DNA of 58,389 nt, the filler included, from Circinaria calcarea (taxonomy: Eukaryota): assembly GCA_051942165.1 (NCBI GenBank). It is 9 parts of 9 records of this genome, joined end to end, with 100 filler letters (N's around TTAATTAATTAA, not from the genome) between each part and the next. Parts side by side here need not be neighbours in the genome. Positions count along the whole stretch, not along the records: positions 52,011 to 58,389 come from JAVECS010001600.1; 8 more parts are not named here. The stretch is one strand, 5' to 3'. Of this stretch, positions 52,011-58,389 are shown piece after piece; within the stretch, counting starts at the first letter, position 1; each line of letters opens with the position of its first letter. A model generated the notes under the pieces. It did no database searches and was not told the origin of the DNA. It worked only from the letters and a program-made list of their open reading frames with translations. The position numbers and the translations under genes were made by a program.

Positions 52011-55000
52011 AGACCTGATACCAGAGCATTTCTCTGCAAATCAGCCAGAGTCCGCTGTTCGAGAAAAACGTCGGCTTCATCCAGCAGCACAACTGACTTT
52101 TGTTAGTAAGAATATTCAGTAGCTATGTGCGAGCGACGGACCGCAGCCCCAAATCTTGCCCAAATTGAGAACCGTCGCCAAGTACTAAGAAAGTTAGTAC
52201 TTGATCTCGCTTGTAAGAACTTCCTTGTTGCTTAGGCAGCGAAATGAGGCACACCTTCTCAACGGCCTCTGGATCAGTGCCGATGTCGCCGCAAGTAACA
52301 CGGTATAGGGGCTTCTCAGCAATTTCCGCAACACTGGTATATTTGGTCATGTTAAAGGCAGTACTCTTAAGTGGTACAGTCCCACTCACCTTTCAGCAGT
52401 GAGTGTTTTTCCGGTTCCAGGCCCCCTAAACTTGTCAAACCCCCAGTATTTATGCTGATAACCCTATAGATACTCACCCGTGTAACAAGACAATAAGGCC
52501 GTTTCCCTTTCCATCCATCAAATCGGTTGCTTTCTCGGCTACCAACTGGTTCGTCACCAGTGCAATAATCAGTTCCTTTGTATCGTCTTCCACAACTAGG
52601 CTTTCAAATGCTTGTTTGTTCCATATGACCGGTGATATGAATTGGACTTGAAGCTCGACTATAGAGTGTTTTAGATTAGTACTTTTTCTAACTTGGATTT
52701 TAGGGACTACTAATTCGTACCCCACTTCTTCTCCTGCATCTTGAAACCGTAAACGTGTGCAGGAAGTAACAACAGGAACTCTCCCCCTGGTGGTTCATCT
52801 TGAGCCATCTTTTCCGGACCAAGCTCGTCTCTCAATCGGCGATGGAATACTGCTGCCTTCGGATGCATTTTCCGGTAGGTTGCAATGTCAACCATATATC
52901 TTACGTCGATCTGCGACAAAAATCAGCTACTATGTAGTCCTTCTTCAGGATAAAGTTCAATAACGACGTATCCATACATTGTCTTCCTCGTGTGAGGCGT
53001 CCGATCCGTTGTAGCAAACATAGTTCTGAAACCGGCATTGCCAAAACTTCCTACCTCTATCACGGATTGACATTTCTACCTTGTGGTCGGCATATTGAAG
53101 AGGGTAGATATCTATATCTCGGACAGGCTTTACTTCGCCCGATGACGCCCCATACTGAATTGTAAGCTGTGTGCTGATTTTCTGAAAACAGCCATCAAAG
53201 TCCCATGAAGAAACTTCAACTAGACCCTCTGGTGTCGGTTCCTGTTCCTGATATGTGGAGGAATTTTTAAAAATCCACTTCGGCCAAGTCTCCAATATAT
53301 GGGCCATGTCTTGGTCTTTTGCATGGGAAATCAGGACGGTATTCGGCACAAAGAGATATTTGACATATTTAGGTGATACAAGGCCTTGAGCAAAAAGCTC
53401 ATCAACTTCATTATATTCCTTACCCAAGCTTTCATTTACGTATGTTTTAAAAAGATCGAGCTCTTTTACATGATGTTTCTTCATCTGAGCAACCTTTTGC
53501 TCAAAGAAAGCCCGATCGTGATAGTAAAACAGATATGGACCCTGAATTTCCGAGTAAATATTGAATGCTGGGTATCGTCTTTCTCTTTGCACATCTCCAT
53601 CCACGAGTTTATTTAAGGCCTCACAAAGGATACGAGACACAATTGTTAGTGATTCTCCTGACTTATAAACTTCCTGCTCAGCCCCTACAACTAGGGCATT
53701 TCCACGACCATGGGCTGCTCGCTTCTCTCGCACTCGACCGCCATGGCCGTCACATATATAGTCCTTATAGACAACAAAGGATATATCTGCATGGCGCTCG
53801 CAGTATAGTTCGACATCGCTGATCCTTAGTCGTCCCTGAAGATGAGTTTCGCGATCACCATTCGATAAGAATGAAGGTCACAAGTAACTCGGTGAAGTTC
53901 CTGCCATCTTGGAGAAGGAGGATATACTGCTAATTTTTGTAGTGTCTCATTCTCATTCTCCAGCTTTTCTATTGTTGCCAGAAGGGAGGTCACTGAGTGA
54001 AGATGACTATCATTTGGAGACATTGCAGACGGCTGTTCCTGGCAGAATTTAGTCCTATCGGCTTCCGCAGCCACCGTTTTACCATCACCTTGGCTTGGGA
54101 AACTATTTGTGAGCATGCGAACCTGCTGATCCCATGAAACGGTACCACAAGAATTATACATGTTACCTGAAGCTAAGCGTTCTGGCATGTTAGCAGTATC
54201 TCCCATATCATGGTCCTGGCCCGAGGCTCTGCGGTCTAGCATGTCAGCAGTATCTCCCATATCTTGGTCCTGGGACATCTTTTCGGAACCGTAACGTTCT
54301 TTGTCAGCTTTGGTCTTGGCCTCATATGGTTCGCGCGCATTGGCGTTAAGTGCATTCCATCTCACTCCGAGGACTTTGCCGATTTGATCTGTAGGAGAGA
54401 CATTACAGTCAGTACGGTAGACTCGGCGGAAACATGAGGTAAGGAATGATAGTACCAGAAGTCATGCCAGGGTTGTTCTCTCTTACATTGTCACGTTCTT
54501 CATGGGCGTAGAACATTGGGAGGGAAAGACCCTGACGTGGCATACCCTGAGACATAGTGTTACGGCGTTGCGAGGCTATGTTCTGCGTATATGTTTGTAT
54601 ACTCTTCTTCTGTACATGTGGTTTCTGAGCGAGAAAGGACTCCAACTGCGTTGCTGATAGAAAGCTGGGATTGATCCCAGCTTGCTTTAGAAGGGCGGTG
54701 GCTCGCGCCGATTCTCCTGGTACTTTCTGACGTTGTGGTTGCGATTGCAACACCTCCAGACGCTGACGCTCTTGCTCTTGCTCTCCCCTAGCCACAAGAA
54801 GCCTCTCCTTATTCTGCTGTTGCAGCAACATAAGTTGCATCTGATAGTCTTGGTTGGCATGGCTGCCGGCCTCAGTCGGTAGTGAACCTTCAGGTAGTGT
54901 TGGGGAAATGATTCTGCCAACAGTACGTCGTCCTATAACCTCTCTCGTTACCTGGAGATGTCAACGTGATTGTAGTACCAATCTACCTGCATTGCCCGAG

Positions 55001-55280
55001 AACATACTTCGTTTGAATCTAGATCGAATCTTTTAGAGAGCTGATTGTAGAGAGCAAAAAGTTGTTGTTCATTGACAGAATCAACGTTGGTTTGATCTTG
55101 AGAGATGGTGGATTTCACAAGGAGTTGATAATCATTTGGGATCCTTTGATCTTGGGTTGAATGAAGGGGCTGTTGTGAACCAGCATCTGTTGGTACTTGT
55201 CTCCCTCTGTAGAGTTCTTGTCGTTCTCGGTTAGACTTGGCCACTTGGCTGGCCGTATTTCCCAGTCTTTCTTCAGACAT
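52011..55280 (-). CDS. Fungal AAA+ ATPase with mosaic N-terminus (Som1/SomA-like blocks, Nhp6-like HMG box); multi-exon, 3' truncated, apparent frameshift near 53878 (possible pseudogene)
   Basis: Spliced Walker A GKGNGLIVLLHG|GPGTGKTLTAES; Walker B VVLLDEADVFLEQR..RNALVS; upstream family motifs PYLFYYH, RGRKFWQCR, RYMVD.ATYRKMH, WNKQAFESLV; exons 55280-55008, 54951-54456, 54388 onward. Confidence 0.85.
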
Positions 55281-55705
55281 TGGGCGATTTTAGATATGCA
55301 ATTGCTGTCGACCTTTCGATCCAAGAGGCCGCGTGCGAAAATTTCAGTTGGTCAACCAAGCATGTACAGATGACTCCTGTACGAAACAAGTGGTGCTTGG
55401 GACGAAGAGCGTCAATGAGCTATCGACCTTTGCAAATGTGCTTCGCGCATTCCCCCGCGTTGTCAATGTTCTTCTTGAGCTATGATACTGGATACGGGAG
55501 GTTTGGAATCGGTAACTATTGATGCCAGAATTTTGAATAGATTTACTGCGTACACAAGCCAGAGAAGATGTGGTGCCTCCCCGGCTATGCACGAGGCTGC
55601 GCCCCAGCCCTGCAGGATATCTAAGCAATAGATACGGACTTCGTGTCACACGACTATGAATTTCACCGTCTTTGGTGATACATGTAAAGCGTACATATCC
55701 TAAGA
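55281..55705. promoter_or_regulatory. Putative bidirectional promoter (425 bp) between the AAA+ ATPase and NACHT-like genes
   Basis: Inferred only from divergent start codons at 55280 (-) and 55706 (+). Confidence 0.5.
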
Positions 55706-57476
55706 ATGAACACCAGCATCACATTATCGGCAAGCAACCTTTCAACTTCGCTAGTTACTGGGTGGTACTCGGCTGCTACGAACGCAAGGTAAGTTCATAA
55801 TTACTATGCTCCCGGCTTGCTGCCAAGTGAGTAACTAAACTAGAGAAGCTCGATAGACCCCGCCCGCGAAGCTTATGATGAAGCTATCAAGCTCTTCAAT
55901 GCTGAGCTGACCGGCGATGAGTGCAAGCGAGTATGGTTGAGCGACAAAAACAGCTTGGAGGATGTGCAGAATGCCGTCCTTGACGCGAAGGAAGCATACG
56001 ATAAGAGGCCGAAGCATTCGAAAGCCCGCAAATGGCTCTTAAAGCTTTCATCCCGGGTCACACACTATGGAGCTATAATGGATATATTGGCTCAACACCA
56101 TCCGGAATACACGGCTCTAGTTTGGGGAGCTATAAAACTTCTCTTCGTGGTAAGCCGAGAGAAAATATTGCCATATCCACGAGACGGTATACTCATAGCT
56201 CTATGGCAAGGCTATGGTCAACCAAGGGGAACTGATAGCTCAGCTATCCAAAGCGCTCTCCCAAATCGCGGATGTCCTCCCACGGATTGAGATCAAGAAC
56301 TTGCTCTTTCCGACCGAGATGATGAAAAGCGCGGTGGCAACGCTCTACGCGTACATCATCAAGTTCTGTCAGAGAGCGGTCGGTTGGTACACGGAAGGAA
56401 AGCTGAAGCATGCATTAACCTCTATAACGAGGCCGTCCGCCCTACGGTTCAAAGACCTTGTGGAAGAGATTGCCGAATGTTCGCGCCGAGTAGACAACCT
56501 TGCAGTGGCCTCGGCTCAAGCAGAACAGAGAGACATGCATCTACTTCTCCAGAGGGTGGAACGAATGATCATCGGTCAAGGCGAACCATCCTTCAATTTT
56601 CTAATCGTGTTGCTGATACGCCCCACAGCAAATCAAGGCATTAACCTTGCAAATCATCTCGATACGAATCGAAGAGTATGCGAAATACAGTTTTCTCAAA
56701 TACTCACATTTGCCGCCTCAACGACACTGCTAGATCCGGAAGAAAGCTTTCGTTATTCCATAGCGATGAGCAACCGGCGTCGGTCTCGAAGGATCAACGA
56801 CAACGATCCCATCTGGAAGTCACCGAAGATGCAGGCATGGTCATCTGCAAGATGCTCATCCCTGACGATGATTAACGGGAACTCTGCCACTCGTCACCAG
56901 GCTAAGGACTTTGCTGCAGATATGGTGCACCTTTTACGCACGACGAATAATCCTACAGTTTGGGTCCTCAATGCGTCGCGAGAGATCTCAAGTACTGCAC
57001 CAACAACTATAGATGTGCTCAAACAAATTACATTGCAAGTTTTGAAGATCAACTCGACCCTCCTCGATGAGCGATCCCTGTCTTTGAACGCTGCAAGATT
57101 TCAGAGCGCATGTTCAGAATCAGACTGGTTTAACTTGCTTGGTTCAGCTCTTACAGGTCTTCCGTTAATCTACATTGTCATTGACATTGAGACTGTAACA
57201 TCCAAACTGCCATACAACTTTTCCTGGTTAGCGGCATTCTACACACTATTTGAAGACCTTTCAAAAAGGAACATTTCTACACCGATCAAGGTTATATTAA
57301 TTAGCTATGGCGCTGTACCCTTGGTATTCAGCGGATTCTCGTCAGAGAAAGTGGATGAATGCATTATCAATATCGCGAAGAAGCCTCGTTCTCGTCGCTC
57401 CGCTCGTGTTGCAATTCGAAAGCGAGGAGTAGGAGCATTGCGGCCTCTACTTATTGATACTACAGTCTCGGCGTAG
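55706..57476 (+). CDS. NACHT-N-terminal helical domain plus degenerate NACHT-like domain, no C-terminal repeats; introns 55789-~55848, 56150-56210 and probably 56575-56628
   Basis: RVTHYGAIMDILAQHHPEYTALVWGAIKLLF..LSQIADVLPR..LYAYIIKF is typical of fungal NLR N-terminal domains; then AWSS..SSLTMING, IYIVID and IKVILISY without a GxxGxGKS/T loop. First acceptor site is uncertain. Confidence 0.78.
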
Positions 57477-58389
57477 GGTCACTCGAATTTTATTGTGGAC
57501 CGAAATAGGTATCCGAGCGCGGTACCTAGAGGACGGTTCCTTCTTTTGGGCACGGCTTGTTTCCGTCGACTACGAGATCAGTCTGGTTAGTTACCAACCT
57601 AATATTACTCCTAGAAAAATTTCACACTAAACGAGCCACAGTCATACTCTCAGACCTTGCCGGGATCCGAAGGCACCATCTTCTCAATGACTTTTCCCAT
57701 CCGCATCCTGCCGCCTTCCGTCACTCATTCATCTTTCCAAGGAATCCGTCCGAAGTAGCCTCATTCTCCTAATAGACCCACTCCACCTCGTATTAGTGAA
57801 TCATATCATGTTGCATGTTCAGCCTCACCAACGGGTTCGGCGTCCTCTCTCCATCAGTCTTGGATATATATTGCTGCGTCAAGTCAGTCTTGAAATCGTT
57901 CGACCTGGACCCATGATCGATAACTCTATAATCCTGGCAGTGCTTTCGTGGAAGGCTCTTGGCATAAACATTGAATTACGACTTGATGCTATCACGTCTT
58001 TTGGCCATAATGACCTGCGTGAGAAGTTACGTCGGGTTTGTGAAAATGCAAGAGAAAGTAAGGGGTTTTTTGCATGAGAAATATACAGGATTATGAAATA
58101 GGGCCGTAGGAGTATAATAAGAACAGGTCTTCTCCGCAGGTTTAGCCAGATTGAAACTAAAGACTTTGTCGATGCTCGTCGGGGCCATTCGCCTTTTTAC
58201 TCGAGGAGAAATCCTCATACCCTGAGACGATCTAACTATGAGGCCTAGGTCGGAGCCTCTCTGTCCTTCTATCCCCGTGCATATCCCTACAGCCTGTGGA
58301 AAACTCCCATTGTCCCGGGCATCTATACCTCGAAAGTTATGACCTCGCATCTCACCCCTCCCCCGACCCAAAAAAACCCCTCCTTCCCC

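Noticed and set aside
50257..55280. BTB gene and tRNA as part of the AAA+/NACHT locus
   Set aside because: They are separated from it by the artificial spacer at 51911-52010.

Overview
Eukaryotic, intron-rich DNA from a filamentous ascomycete (Pezizomycotina; a lichen-forming fungus is plausible but not provable from sequence). The window is not one locus. It is nine unlinked, size-sorted contigs (6421, 6411, 6402, 6401, 6401, 6395, 6391, 6388, 6379 bp) joined by 100-bp N spacers containing TTAATTAATTAA, so gene neighbourhood is meaningful only within a contig. Most contigs carry housekeeping genes: a Kre9/Knh-like GPI wall protein, a cNMP-binding F-box/LRR protein, WBP1, PET191, an NDUFAF2-like factor, an esterase, HAT2, a PLC-like phosphodiesterase, ECM15, IPK1, PUS1, TFA1, an epoxide hydrolase, a pinin-like protein, RDS3, PEX26, a PARN/CAF1-like nuclease, MEF1, a BTB protein and an intron-containing tRNA-Asp(GTC). 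Contig 3 holds decayed NRPS-like and F-box sequences. Contig 4 is a transposon graveyard with TA-flanked MITEs (one nested in an older inverted repeat) and a LINE remnant. The most interesting locus is contig 9. A fungal AAA+ ATPase has an N-terminal mosaic of segments resembling host nuclear regulators (two Som1/SomA-like blocks and an Nhp6-type HMG box). It lies head-to-head, 425 bp apart, with a repeat-less NACHT-N plus degenerate-NACHT gene. This is a candidate paired sensor/helper immune module with integrated decoys, although the ATPase appears frameshifted in this assembly. Family assignments rest on recalled motifs; no database searches were run.
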